Notes: generated by a model from the letters alone, not told the origin. A stretch of DNA of 24,000 nt from Rhodohalobacter sulfatireducens (GCF_022012475.1 NZ_JAKLWS010000042.1:6916-30915), one strand, 5' to 3'; shown: positions 1-9,193, counted from the first letter of the stretch. A program made the numbers and translations.

Positions 1-940
1 AACCATAGGCTTCCGATACAAATGAGTAGATTCCAGCAATCTCAGCAGACGGTTCATATATCTGCCTGGTACTGTTTTGGCTTATGGGCAAGAAGGCTTG
101 AGAGGCGTTAGCAGTCATTCCCGCAATCATGAAATTTGCAATCTCCTCTGAACTCGCGAAAAGTCCGCCCGATCCTTTTTCGGAATACAGGTACACCGGT
201 ACGGGATCTCCATTCAGGTCATACCCCAGGGGTACCGGGGGATCGAACGACTCACTCCAGTTGTAGCTCGCGCGGTTCATCTCTATAGGTTCTAAAATTT
301 CGCTTTTCATATATTCCGCAAAATCTCGCCTTGTAATCTCTTCGATCAGAAGCTCAACCAGATGATATCCAACATTGGAGTAAAAGAAACCAGAACCGGG
401 TTCCTGTATCAGTATAGCATTGCTTGATAAACTCTCTCTGAGCGTTGGTTTCTCCTCATCCGGGGAAAACTCAACTCCAATGGGACCTAAAGGCAGGCCG
501 GCTTGATGGCTGAGCAGCAGCCTCAATGTAATTTTTGATTCATCAAAGGGTGACTCCGGGAAACTCCAGCTTTTCAAGTAACGATACACAGGTTCATCCA
601 GGCCAATTCTTCCCTCCTCCACTAACTTCATGGCTCCCCATGCGGTCACAGATTTTGAGATCGATTCCACGCGGCAGACCGTATCGGTGGTTATTCTACG
701 CCCGGTTGTAAGATCCGCATAACCGTAGGCTTCTCCCCACACGCGTTCTCCACCCTGAACGAGAACGACAGATACGCCGGGAATATCATATCGTTTCATT
801 AAACCGGGAATTCGTTCATCCAGGTAGGATGAGAACTGATCCAAAGAAGAGTTTCGAACCGGTTTCTCGGAATTGCAGGCAGTAATAATGAAGAGTACCC
901 ATATCAACCCGATACATTGAATCTTTTTAAAATCACTCAT
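1..940 (-). CDS. Serine hydrolase (beta-lactamase/PBP-like family), N-terminal part; ORF runs off the left window edge
   Basis: Absent from the supplied ORF track because there is no stop in the window. My translation of the minus strand from ATG (938-940) gives MSDFKKIQCIGLIWVLFIITACNSEKP..., a lipoprotein-like signal. It continues with 'DTVCRVESISKSVTAWG', the SxxK active-site motif. The same frame stays open to base 2 ('GGLFASSEEIANFMIAGMTAN...'). Confidence 0.75.
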   Translation of the reverse strand, partial: MSDFKKIQCIGLIWVLFIITACNSEKPVRNSSLDQFSSYLDERIPGLMKRYDIPGVSVVLVQGGERVWGEAYGYADLTTGRRITTDTVCRVESISKSVTAWGAMKLVEEGRIGLDEPVYRYLKSWSFPESPFDESKITLRLLLSHQAGLPLGPIGVEFSPDEEKPTLRESLSSNAILIQEPGSGFFYSNVGYHLVELLIEEITRRDFAEYMKSEILEPIEMNRASYNWSESFDPPVPLGYDLNGDPVPVYLYSEKGSGGLFASSEEIANFMIAGMTANASQAFLPISQNSTRQIYEPSAEIAGIYSFVSEAYG

Positions 941-998
941 TGAAAAATGTAAGAATACCAATCTGTACATAAACTATTCCCTCCCTTTCTATTACAGT

Positions 999-2105
999 TT
1001 AGAAAGCCTCACCAAATTGGATATAGAATCCGCTTGAATTCCTCCCGATCCCGTAATCTATGCGAATATTGGTGGGGTTCTTTTTATTCAGGTTGAACCG
1101 CAGCCCTGCTCCCAAACTCCATTTTGTTTTTTCAAACGTTATATCCTCAAAACGGTCCCACACCTCACCGCTGCCAGCAAACATCGTGAAGCCAAAACGC
1201 CCGATTAGATGCTTTCGCCACTCCGCCTGTACCTGGACGGAGTTCTGATCCCGGTAACGCCCGTTGTAGTAACCGCGATTGACCTGACCTCCTCCAACAG
1301 TCGACATATCGAAAAAAGAAGGATCCCCCGACGTAAACCTGAACAGCCCTTGCAACGCCAGTATTGAGTTTTCATCGCCGCCCAGGTCGATATACTTTCG
1401 CGTATCGAGTAGCCATAAATTGTAGGGATCTGTACTGCCTAACCAACCGGGATGCATCAAAAAAGAGAACTCAACCAGGTGATTTCGAGTCGGTGTGATA
1501 TTACTGTTTCTTCTATCGGATCGGGCCATCAAACCGACTCCAACTTTCTCACTGCCATCAGCACCCGGGATTTCTGGAGTAGGAATAATTTCTCCCTGAC
1601 TATCTTTAAATGAAATATTGTACCGCTTACTCCATTCTACGTACGGCCCCAAAAAAATGGACGGGCGTACCTGGTGCAATACTGTCTGTTCAATATTGAA
1701 CTCCGTGTATAGCATCTCCACCTCCTGGTTATTTCGTGTAAGCGGACCGATTCCCCAGTAGCTGTCCGGTATATAATTGCCACCATATGTTCCAAAAGCG
1801 ATCCACTCTTCATTCGGAAATATCAGATCGGCAAGAAGGCCAACAAGAACCTGGTTTTTAGTGGTGTAAATCCCGGAAAAAAGGACACTTGAAGTACGTG
1901 TTTCCGCTCCGGATCGGCCGATTTTAAACTGCGGCATTACCACGCCGCCAAACATAAATCCCGTTTCCGGGGTAGATCCTAGCGCCGGCAAAAAAAGCAC
2001 CTGGGTTTGGTTGTCAATTTCAGTTGAATCAGCAGTCTGTGCATGAGCCGGAATTGTGATTACCCAGAATACTAGCATGATTCCAGCTGTAATTTTGTAC
2101 AGCAT
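999..2105 (-). CDS. Outer-membrane beta-barrel protein (Omp85/surface-antigen-like C-terminal region)
   Basis: 368-aa ORF with a signal peptide (…ITIPAHA/Q). The sequence is rich in Gly and aromatic residues in a beta-strand-like pattern. The C-terminus '...IRIDYGIGRNSSGFYIQFGEAF' ends in Phe, as in OM beta-barrels. Family assignment is from memory only. Confidence 0.55.
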   Translation of the reverse strand: MLYKITAGIMLVFWVITIPAHAQTADSTEIDNQTQVLFLPALGSTPETGFMFGGVVMPQFKIGRSGAETRTSSVLFSGIYTTKNQVLVGLLADLIFPNEEWIAFGTYGGNYIPDSYWGIGPLTRNNQEVEMLYTEFNIEQTVLHQVRPSIFLGPYVEWSKRYNISFKDSQGEIIPTPEIPGADGSEKVGVGLMARSDRRNSNITPTRNHLVEFSFLMHPGWLGSTDPYNLWLLDTRKYIDLGGDENSILALQGLFRFTSGDPSFFDMSTVGGGQVNRGYYNGRYRDQNSVQVQAEWRKHLIGRFGFTMFAGSGEVWDRFEDITFEKTKWSLGAGLRFNLNKKNPTNIRIDYGIGRNSSGFYIQFGEAF

Positions 2106-2300
2106 CTCCCTCTCCTGATATCCAAATTCGAAATATTTACATCAGTGTATTGAACTATTTAAGATAGAAATGTAACGACTCAAGAATAGCTTTTGAATAG
2201 GGAAAAACCCGATTTTTTGGTTCTATTGGCTTTAAAATCGGTAATTCTAAACAATTAAAAACTCTAAGAGGGCTTTGAAATACTGGGGGTATTTCGACTT

Positions 2301-2380
2301 CCCCGAGGGTTTGGGGCAGGCTGAGATCGCAGGGATACGCAGAGGACTTTAAAACTCCGCGTCTCCCAGCGCACCCTGCG
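2301..2380 (-). repeat. REP-like long-hairpin element, family B (inverted orientation, partly rearranged)
   Basis: The reverse complement of 2301-2345 is cctctgcgtatccctgcgatctcagcctgccccaaaccctcgggg. This nearly matches 20818-20860 (cctctgcgttccactgcgatcccagcctgtcccgaaccgtcgggg). It lies immediately 3' of the DUF1456 gene stop. Confidence 0.6.
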
Positions 2381-2381
2381 G

Positions 2382-2849
2382 TTAACCTTCTCTTTCTCGT
2401 TCGGCTAATCCCTTAAGAAAGTATCGCAGAACCTGGTCACCTGCCTCCATGTAGTTGGAATGGTTTTCCTTCTGGAAAAGGGCATTCACCTCAGATTTTG
2501 AAATATCAAACCCGGTTGAGCTCAGAATATTCAGGATATCATCGTCCCGCAGTTTAAAAGCCACCCGTAGTTTTTTCATCACCATATTGTTGGTGATTGG
2601 GGTTCGGATGGGACGAGGCGGGTGTTTATCGCTCTTACCTCGTTTATAGTAGATCAGTCCATCCAGGAGATAAGCCGTAAGTTCATGGGTTGTATCCACT
2701 TTCCGGTCTTCCGGGATGGTATCGTCAAAGATGTATTCGATCTCTTTTCGTTTGGGTTTATAGTTGGTGAGTTTCAGGATGTTGGCAATCTCACCCTCGC
2801 CTACGTCTAAAATATATCGGATACTTTGAATAATATCGTCGTTTCTCAT
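2382..2849 (-). CDS. DUF1456 family protein (YehS-like)
   Basis: 155-aa ORF with two tandem repeats of the YehS-type motif ('DIIQSIRYILDV...', 'NMVMKKLRVAFKLRDDDILNIL'). The C-terminal 'GDQVLRYFLKGLAER' resembles E. coli YehS as I recall it. Confidence 0.7.
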   Translation of the reverse strand: MRNDDIIQSIRYILDVGEGEIANILKLTNYKPKRKEIEYIFDDTIPEDRKVDTTHELTAYLLDGLIYYKRGKSDKHPPRPIRTPITNNMVMKKLRVAFKLRDDDILNILSSTGFDISKSEVNALFQKENHSNYMEAGDQVLRYFLKGLAEREREG

Positions 2850-2940
2850 GAAGAGATATTAAGCTATTGAATTTGCTGATTTTTGTTGAGATGAAAGGTA
2901 CGGATATGGCTTTAGAATGTGGAATGATGAATTGACAAAA

Positions 2941-2968
2941 CCACAAACCACAAACCACAAACCACAAA
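2941..2968. repeat. Heptanucleotide microsatellite (CCACAAA)x4
   Basis: Direct reading gives ccacaaa ccacaaa ccacaaa ccacaaa. It sits in the intergenic region 92-119 nt upstream of the DUF1456 start on the minus strand, where it reads (TTTGTGG)x4. Confidence 0.9.
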
Positions 2969-3003
2969 CGTTATCAATTTTCAATCAACAGCCAAATCTT
3001 AAC

Positions 3004-3720
3004 CTATTCACTCAAAGCCGTAATCGGCGTCAGCTCTACCTTTCGAAATTCTACTTCGGCTCCTTCGGCCTGGAGGGCGATCTGTCCGCTTTCTGCGGTG
3101 GAGTTGTACCCAAAATTCACCATATCGCCATTTACCCACACTTTCAGTGAATCCCCAAGCGTTTCAATGGTCATCTGGTTCCACTCTCCAAGTGGATTTT
3201 CCGATCCATCCGTCAGATTCAGAATGCGCCGGTTTTCACCTTCGCGAATACCCCACTCCTCTTCCGGTCCGCGACGCTCCACCATGTCCGGCACAGTGAT
3301 ATCCTCCACAATCACCCAGAAATCGCCGGCATTTTCATGCATCATCTGCACTTCAATCGACTGCGGGAACATCTCGTACAATGCCCTTGGGGTAGATGCA
3401 TGAACCAATACACCGCAATTGCCCGGTTCTCCGGGGAATCGATACTCCACTTCCAGCCGGTAATCCGAATACTCCTCGTCCGTAATCAGGTGACCGCGCG
3501 GGTCTCCAAGTGAGACAAGCATTCCATCACGAACAATAAATGCTGTTGAGGTATCTGGATTTTCATCCATTGCAGGAATATCTACATGCCAACCGGTCAG
3601 ATCTTCGCCATTAAACAGCGAGATCGTTTCCGATTCGGTGGTTTCGCTTTCGGATTGAGATTCTGACTGGCAGGCAAGCAACGATATAAACAGGAGTGGG
3701 AGAATGAGTTGAATTTTCAT
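3004..3720 (-). CDS. DUF1080 / 3-keto-disaccharide hydrolase-domain lipoprotein
   Basis: 238-aa ORF with a lipobox (LLFISLLAC/Q). 'LFNGEDLTGWHV', 'GNCGVLVH' and the C-terminal 'IALQAEGAEVEFRKVELTPI' are typical of the DUF1080 concanavalin-like domain. Confidence 0.7.
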   Translation of the reverse strand: MKIQLILPLLFISLLACQSESQSESETTESETISLFNGEDLTGWHVDIPAMDENPDTSTAFIVRDGMLVSLGDPRGHLITDEEYSDYRLEVEYRFPGEPGNCGVLVHASTPRALYEMFPQSIEVQMMHENAGDFWVIVEDITVPDMVERRGPEEEWGIREGENRRILNLTDGSENPLGEWNQMTIETLGDSLKVWVNGDMVNFGYNSTAESGQIALQAEGAEVEFRKVELTPITALSE

Positions 3721-3830
3721 AGCGATTTGTGATTTATTCTAAAGAACTGTTTAACAACAAGATAGAATTTTCCCGCTGAAGAATGAATAGAAAAATAATG
3801 AAGAGAGGTTAAAAGTTGTTGCTTTGTCAG

Positions 3831-3915
3831 ATAGGCTTTCCTTTTAAGCAACTCCTATTAATGTAACCAGGTTACCCCCTCTTTACCAAATCGTTTTTAT
3901 GATGTGTGTGTAATG
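3831..3915. repeat. Dispersed ~85-bp intergenic repeat, copy 1 (partner at 8460-8545)
   Basis: The core ttaagcaactcct(a/t)ttaatgta(a/g)ccaggtt(a/t)(c/t)cccctc(t/a)ttaccaaatcgtttttatgat is shared by both copies, in the same orientation, with only a few substitutions. Confidence 0.8.
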
Positions 3916-4155
3916 ATGGGTAATAATATGTAAACATAAAGTAATAATAGTCCAATGTTTTTTTCAACGTATGAATTGTTCATTTTTAATATGCGGTATT
4001 CGATTTCTGATCTATCTTTTCTTCGCATCAGTCGGTCGCCGATGTGATCTCCAATCGCAGATCATCTTTTCAAAATAATACTCATCCAGTGACCCTTTCC
4101 CGGGTTCCCTGAATTTCCTTATTATAGTTTGAAATGATAACCCGATCCACATCTC

Positions 4156-5319
4156 ATGAATGAACGATACAAACTTATCCTGTTTTTTCTTCTGTTCTTT
4201 CTAATTCCACAGACCCACCTTATCGCACAAAACCTCTACTACCCGGCGGCCGGAGCCGAGTGGGAGGAGCGCTCACCGGAAGAACTCGGTTTTGATGAGG
4301 CTTCTCTCCAGCAGGCGGTGGATTTTGCCCTCGAAAACGAAAACAGTGTAGAGCGAGATTTGCGGATCGCCATTCTGAAAGGATTCAGCCATGAACCATA
4401 TCACGAGCTTTTGGGGCCTGTTCGTGAACGCGGCGGACCAGCCGGAATCATCATTAAAGACGGCTACATTGCCACAAGCTGGGGCGATATCGATCGAGTG
4501 GATATGACCTTCAGCGTCACCAAAAGCTATCTCTCCACCGTAGCGGGACTGGCTTGGGACCGCAATTTGATACGCTCGGTTGACCATAAAATGACAGGCT
4601 ATGTTTGGGACCGAACCTTCGACGGCGAACACAACTCCAAAATCACCTGGGAGCACCTTCTCAACCAGTCATCTGACTGGCGCGGCTCCCTGTTTGGCCT
4701 GGAGGACTGGGGCGACCGCCCCCCGCAAGATGGAGATATCGATGATTGGCGATACCGCGAGCTTCATGAACCCGGCACTCATTTTAAATACAACGACGTA
4801 CGCGTGAACCTGCTCGCCTACTCCCTTCTGCATGTATGGCGTGAACCGCTGCCTGTAATCTTGCGTGAGAACATTATGGATCCCATCGGCGCATCCAGAA
4901 CGTGGAGATGGTTCGGATATGATCAATCCTGGACAGAAATCGACGGGCGAAAGATCCAGAGTGTAAGCGGTGGCGGGCATAACGGCGGCGGCATGTTTAT
5001 CAATACGTTGGACCAGGCGCGGTTCGGGCTGCTCTTTGCCCGGCGCGGTGTGTGGAACGGGAACAAGCTTATCTCCGGCGACTGGATGGACCTGGCTAAA
5101 ATCCCTTCCGATGCCAATCCGAATTACGGCTACATGTGGTGGCTGGTGGATAATGATTCCGGCTGGCCAGGCACGCCCGATCACCTCTACTACGCCGCAG
5201 GATTTGGAGGCAACTATATTGTTGTGGATGAGGAAAACGACCTCGTGATCGTCACACGCTGGCTCGACAGTTCTATGCTGGGCGAGTTTGTTGGAAAAGT
5301 ATATAATGCGCTGGATTGA
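4156..5319 (+). CDS. Serine hydrolase (beta-lactamase family), secreted
   Basis: 387-aa ORF with an N-terminal signal peptide and the 'MTFSVTKSYLSTVAG' SxxK motif. Uniformly high G+C explains the many spurious antisense ORFs in the track. Confidence 0.75.
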   Translation: MNERYKLILFFLLFFLIPQTHLIAQNLYYPAAGAEWEERSPEELGFDEASLQQAVDFALENENSVERDLRIAILKGFSHEPYHELLGPVRERGGPAGIIIKDGYIATSWGDIDRVDMTFSVTKSYLSTVAGLAWDRNLIRSVDHKMTGYVWDRTFDGEHNSKITWEHLLNQSSDWRGSLFGLEDWGDRPPQDGDIDDWRYRELHEPGTHFKYNDVRVNLLAYSLLHVWREPLPVILRENIMDPIGASRTWRWFGYDQSWTEIDGRKIQSVSGGGHNGGGMFINTLDQARFGLLFARRGVWNGNKLISGDWMDLAKIPSDANPNYGYMWWLVDNDSGWPGTPDHLYYAAGFGGNYIVVDEENDLVIVTRWLDSSMLGEFVGKVYNALD

Positions 5320-5546
5320 GATTCTATTGCCTGTGGCATCGGATGAGTGATCGAGCTATCTATTTCAAGCTATTGCACTCATTCGATGACTGGAATGGAT
5401 GAATGTAGTAGGTTCAACGTATCTGGTGATGAAGAATTAAATATTTCTAAGGATGGCGTATTCCTACTTTTTTTGTGTTGCAATAAGAATGGCACCATCT
5501 TCTATAGCATCTCAATATTTCATGAAGATCTGTGCAAGTAATGTGA

Positions 5547-5690
5547 GCCGATCTTTTCCTGGAAGATTTTCAAGTCGTTGATTCCTGCATGAGCCCGATT
5601 CTCTTTCCAAACCATGGCCACATGAAAGAGGATGATCTCGACGCATTCAGTGATGAACTTCCCGAATGGGTACGAAAAGTGAGGCTGTGA
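5547..5690 (+). pseudogene. 3' fragment of a paralog of the 10860-11177 gene
   Basis: The frame reads ...LEDFQVVDSCMSPILFPNHGHMKEDDLDAFSDELPEWVRKVRL*, versus ...RILLMLRHGLMKEEDLDGFSEELREWVRKVRQ* in the intact gene. There is an in-frame TGA at 5544-5546 and no upstream start. The same downstream sequence (aaagaatcgagggtattgtgaaga...) follows both. Confidence 0.6.
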
Positions 5691-6070
5691 AAAGAATCGA
5701 GGGTATTGTGAAGACTTGCGATATGCAATCTCTGACCGGATGAAACTTCGTATCAGTCTGGAGCCGGACAGGTATCTGAGATCGGATATATGTCCGACCA
5801 TTGTCGTGATCTATAATTTTATCCCCCAAGTCTTATTGGTCCTTGACGTATCTTTTGCAATGGATAACGAAGGATCGTTCATATCATATTTGTACTGAAG
5901 GCTTTTACCTTCGTTCGATTATAATAACTACCCTGAAACGGTTTAAATTTACGGTCTGTCTTTTTTTTAATAATTCTATTCAGCGTTTTAAAGATATAGA
6001 GAATGAGTGGTCCCAGGGAGAACGCCCTAATGATGACATGACGTTTATGGTCTTTAAAAAAATTATGGAT

Positions 6071-6909
6071 CGTGCCTATGGCACTCTCACCGTTTAGCTT
6101 TCTCTATCCCCGGAATAAATTCCGGGGTTATAAGATCCGCATCCGCAGGGCGGATTTGGAGATCTTGCTTGATTACTTAATACAAAATGAATCAGCGTAA
6201 GTTACTTGCATTCTTTTCACACTCTTTCCTTTGTACGAATTTTTTAAAATCCCACAAACCTGTTGTGTACCTCAAACAGCGTAGCTGCGCCCAATCCAGT
6301 ATCCCAGGGATTCATCCCTGGGGTAATTAGCGAACACGAACAAGTGAGTGCCGTCAGGCACGTTCCATATCCCTGAGGCTGTGGTGAATTGCTCTTGATT
6401 GTACCATGCAAGATTGACACTCAACTTTACTGATCGTACCTACGGCACTCTTTCCAGATTGACTCACTCGATCCCCGGAATGAATTCAGGGGTCATAATA
6501 TCATAATCCGCTCCGCGGATTTGTTGATGCTGCTCGATTATTTGAGTTTAAATTGAATCAACGTTATTTACTTGCAAGCTTTTCACACTCTTTGCTTTGT
6601 ACGAATTTTTCAAAATCCGCAAACCTGTTGTGTACCTCAAGCAGCGTAGCTGCGCCCAATCCTGTAACCCAGGGATTCATCCCTGGGGTAGTTAGCGAAC
6701 CTAAACAAGTAAGTGCCGTCAGGCACGTTCCATACCCCTGAGGCTGTGGTGACTTGCTCTTGATCGTACGAAGAAAGATTGACACCACTTTTACTATACG
6801 TACCTACGGCACTCTTTCCAGATTGACTCCCTCGATCCCCGGAATGAATTCCGGGGTTCCAATATCATCATCCGCTTCGCGGATTGGAAAGAATGAGACT
6901 TCAATCCTC
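6071..6909 (+). repeat. Composite multi-hairpin tandem repeat, left array (2 full units of 364 bp plus a 110-bp partial unit)
   Basis: Units start at 6071, 6435 and 6799, each with cgt(a/g)cctacggcactc. Each unit carries GC-rich hairpins. In unit 2 these are ccccggaatgaattcagggg (6474-6493), atccgctccgcggat (6507-6521), gcagcGTAgctgc (6641-6653), cccagggattcatccctgggg (6668-6687) and gtgccgtcaggcac (6713-6726). Confidence 0.85.
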
Positions 6910-7104
6910 AAAAATAAATAGCCAAGAGGTATAGCGTTTTTCTCTTTGTTAACGAAGGGTTTATCATTCCGGTTCGTTAAACCTTAATAGATTAGTGACG
7001 TGGGTATGATCTATGGTTTGGCTTCAGATTTTTTCGAAAAAACTGTAAGGAATTCCACTTTCCAAGTTCATACAAGAAGAGAATAATAATTAAAATCCAA
7101 TATT

Positions 7105-7566
7105 TTGGGTAACACATATTATCAGATGTATGTACAAACTGTTTTCCCAGTCAAATACAGAAAAGCGATGATCAACGACCTATGGAGACCGGGACTCCAG
7201 GGTGTTATCGGAAAAATAATCAATGATACCGAGTGCAAAACAATCATCATAAATGGTGTTGAAGATCATATTCACTGTCTATTTAGCCTAAAGCCTTCAC
7301 TTTCTCTTTCTGAGGTTATGAAAGAAGTCAAAGCCAAATCTTCAAAGTGGATCAATGAGAGTGGTTTTATTGAACACCGGTTTGAGTGGCAGCCGGGTTA
7401 CGGTGCGTTTTCATACAGCCAATCTCAATTGGGTTCTGTACATCGGTATATAAAGAATCAACAGGAGCATCATCAACAGATGAGCTTCAAGCAGGAGTAC
7501 ATCAAATTGCTTGATAAATTTCAGGTTGAGTATGATGAACGGTTTCTTTTTGATGAGTTGATATAA
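7105..7566 (+). CDS. IS200/IS605-type Y1 HUH transposase-like protein, REP-associated tyrosine transposase (RAYT)-like
   Basis: 153-aa ORF with a TTG start; an alternative ATG lies at 7126. It has the HUH motif 'EDHIHCLF' and the catalytic-Tyr motif 'VHRYIKNQQEHH'. The N-terminus 'NTYYQMYVQTVFPVKYRK' fits the family pattern. It is flanked on both sides by hairpin repeats. Confidence 0.8.
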   Translation: MGNTYYQMYVQTVFPVKYRKAMINDLWRPGLQGVIGKIINDTECKTIIINGVEDHIHCLFSLKPSLSLSEVMKEVKAKSSKWINESGFIEHRFEWQPGYGAFSYSQSQLGSVHRYIKNQQEHHQQMSFKQEYIKLLDKFQVEYDERFLFDELI

Positions 7567-7598
7567 GGACATAGTTGTCAGTCCCACTCTAAATGGAT

Positions 7599-8205
7599 CG
7601 TACCTACGGCACTCATTCCAAGATGAGAACCTCAATCCCCGGAATGAATTCCGGGGTTACAATATCATCATCCGCTCCGCGGATTGGAAAGAATGACACA
7701 TCAACTCTACTTATATCCGTGAATTGAAAGTTGTACCTCAAGCAGCGTAGCTGCGCCCAATACTGTAACCCAGGGATTCATCCCTGGGGTAGTTAGCGAA
7801 CCTGAACAATTGAGTGCCGTCAGGCACGGCCCATATCCCTGCGGCTGTGGTGACTTGCTCTTGATCGTACCATGTAAGATTGACACCACTTTTACTGAAC
7901 GTACCTACGGCACTCTTTCAAAGATAAGGTCCTCGATCCCCGGAATGAATTCCGGGGTTACAATATCATCATCCGCAGGGCGGATTTGGAGATCCTGCTT
8001 GATTACTTATTACAAATTGAAACAACGTTATTTACTTGCAAGCTTTTCACACTCTTTGCTTTGCACGAATTTTTTAAAATCCCGCAAACCTGATGTGTAC
8101 CTCAAGCAGCGTAGCTGCGCCCAATCCTGTAACCCAGGGATTCATCCCTGGGGTAGTTAGCGAACCTGAACAAGTGAGTGCCGTCAGGCACGTTCCATAC
8201 CCCTA
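7599..8205 (+). repeat. Composite multi-hairpin tandem repeat, right array (2 units; the first is shortened, the last is 3'-truncated)
   Basis: Units start at 7599 and 7900, in the same orientation and with the same hairpin set as the left array. Homology fades around 8205-8230. Confidence 0.85.
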
Positions 8206-8459
8206 AGACTTCGGCGGCTTGTGAAGATCGCCTTTTTTGTATTACGTGTTATACATGTACACATATCCGTTCACAATTTGAGCGATGACCGGTTCAACTT
8301 CGCATCAGTCAGCAGCCGGACAGGTATCTGAGATCGTTTAAAAGTATCCCTTTGGAGCAGATCTTCAATTTTATACCCATACCAGGAAATCCTGCAGCAA
8401 TAGACTTTTCCCACAAAAAAATGATGAAAACCGGGAGGTAGATGGGTTCAAAGAGTCAC

Positions 8460-8545
8460 TTAGGCGAGCTTTTGTTTTAAGCAACTCCTTTTAATGTAGC
8501 CAGGTTTTCCCCTCATTACCAAATCGTTTTTATGATATATGAGTA
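8460..8545. repeat. Dispersed ~85-bp intergenic repeat, copy 2
   Basis: See 3831-3915. The sequence is ttaggcgagcttttgttttaagcaactccttttaatgtagccaggttttcccctcattaccaaatcgtttttatgat. Confidence 0.8.
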
Positions 8546-8863
8546 ATATTAGATAATAGTTATCAATAGCATACTAAACATGACTGATAGTAGATCAACT
8601 ATAGTTTCATTTAACTCGATCTCTTCAAAAACTATGGGAATCATGTACGTTTATTTATGAATATCGTTCTTTGAATCGAGTTCAATGCCCTCTAATTTCA
8701 CAACCGGGACCGTTACGTATCTTGAACTTATCATGAATCATTATTGATATGTATTGGATCTCGGCGATATGATCAATGATTCGATCACATATCTGACCTT
8801 CTACATAGGTGTAAATATCAGATAAACACTCTTTTAACCAGGAAGACCTCTTGTAAACAAGAC

Positions 8864-9193
8864 TTATTCTCCATTAAACTTCTCGGCTCGAATAACCTCG
8901 ACATCTTCCAGGTAAACGATTCCTGAATACTTGTTAAAACACTCTTCAACAATCTTACTCCCTATCTCCTCTGCAATTGATTTATTTTTGACGATCACCT
9001 CGATTCGCACTGTCGAAAAGTCATCCACCACCGATGCCCTCTCTGACGTATAATGCTGGTGATGAGCTCCTTTACCCCCCGCAGGAACCACCGTATATCC
9101 ACGGGCACCACTTGATTCAATAATATCAAGGATTTTCGGCGTCAGAATTTTTTCAGCGATAATCACAGCTTTTTTTGCTTTGTGAAATGTCAT
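8864..9193 (-). CDS. sbtB: PII-like signalling protein SbtB
   Basis: 'KAVIIAEKILTPKILDIIESSGARGYTVVPAGGKG...IEVIVKNKSIAEEIGSKIVEECFNKYSGIVYLEDVEV' closely parallels cyanobacterial SbtB as I recall it. I prefer the ATG at 9191-9193, which is preceded by GGAGGA, over the track's upstream start at 9256, which would overlap sbtA. It lies directly downstream of sbtA. Confidence 0.75.
   Translation of the reverse strand: MTFHKAKKAVIIAEKILTPKILDIIESSGARGYTVVPAGGKGAHHQHYTSERASVVDDFSTVRIEVIVKNKSIAEEIGSKIVEECFNKYSGIVYLEDVEVIRAEKFNGE

Noticed and set aside
4273-5248. Antisense and overlapping ORFs inside the 4156-5319 hydrolase gene (127, 171, 64, 92 and 68 aa)
   Set aside because: They have low-complexity Pro/Gly/Ala/Arg-rich translations, which are typical of open frames in GC-rich coding DNA. 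The sense-strand ORF has a clear signal peptide and SxxK motif.
5843-6097. 84-aa ORF as a real gene
   Set aside because: Only its tail ('...ERPNDDMTFMVFKK') vaguely resembles the C-terminus of PP2C/SpoIIE-type phosphatases. The rest is low-quality AT-rich sequence, and the ORF runs into the first repeat unit. At best it is a gene remnant, which is too weak to annotate.
6668-6687. Hairpin cccagggattcatccctgggg containing paired CCAGG/CCTGG (EcoRII/Dcm) sites, considered as a functional link to the R-M island
   Set aside because: CCWGG is a 5-bp motif expected by chance in GC-rich stems, and I have no evidence of enrichment. Statistical testing of CCWGG frequency genome-wide would be needed.
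6553-8160. Track ORFs 6553-6741, 6564-6788, 7707-7889 and 7810-8160 as small repeated proteins
   Set aside because: They lie entirely within the hairpin repeat units, occur on both strands, change frame between copies and have no recognisable domains. They are most simply by-products of the repeat sequence.
6071-8205. Possible CRISPR array (regularly spaced palindromic repeats)
   Set aside because: The sequences between the hairpins are themselves repeated from unit to unit, so there are no unique spacers. The period is 364 bp, no cas genes are present, and a Y1 transposase-like gene sits in the middle. This is a tandem composite repeat, not CRISPR.
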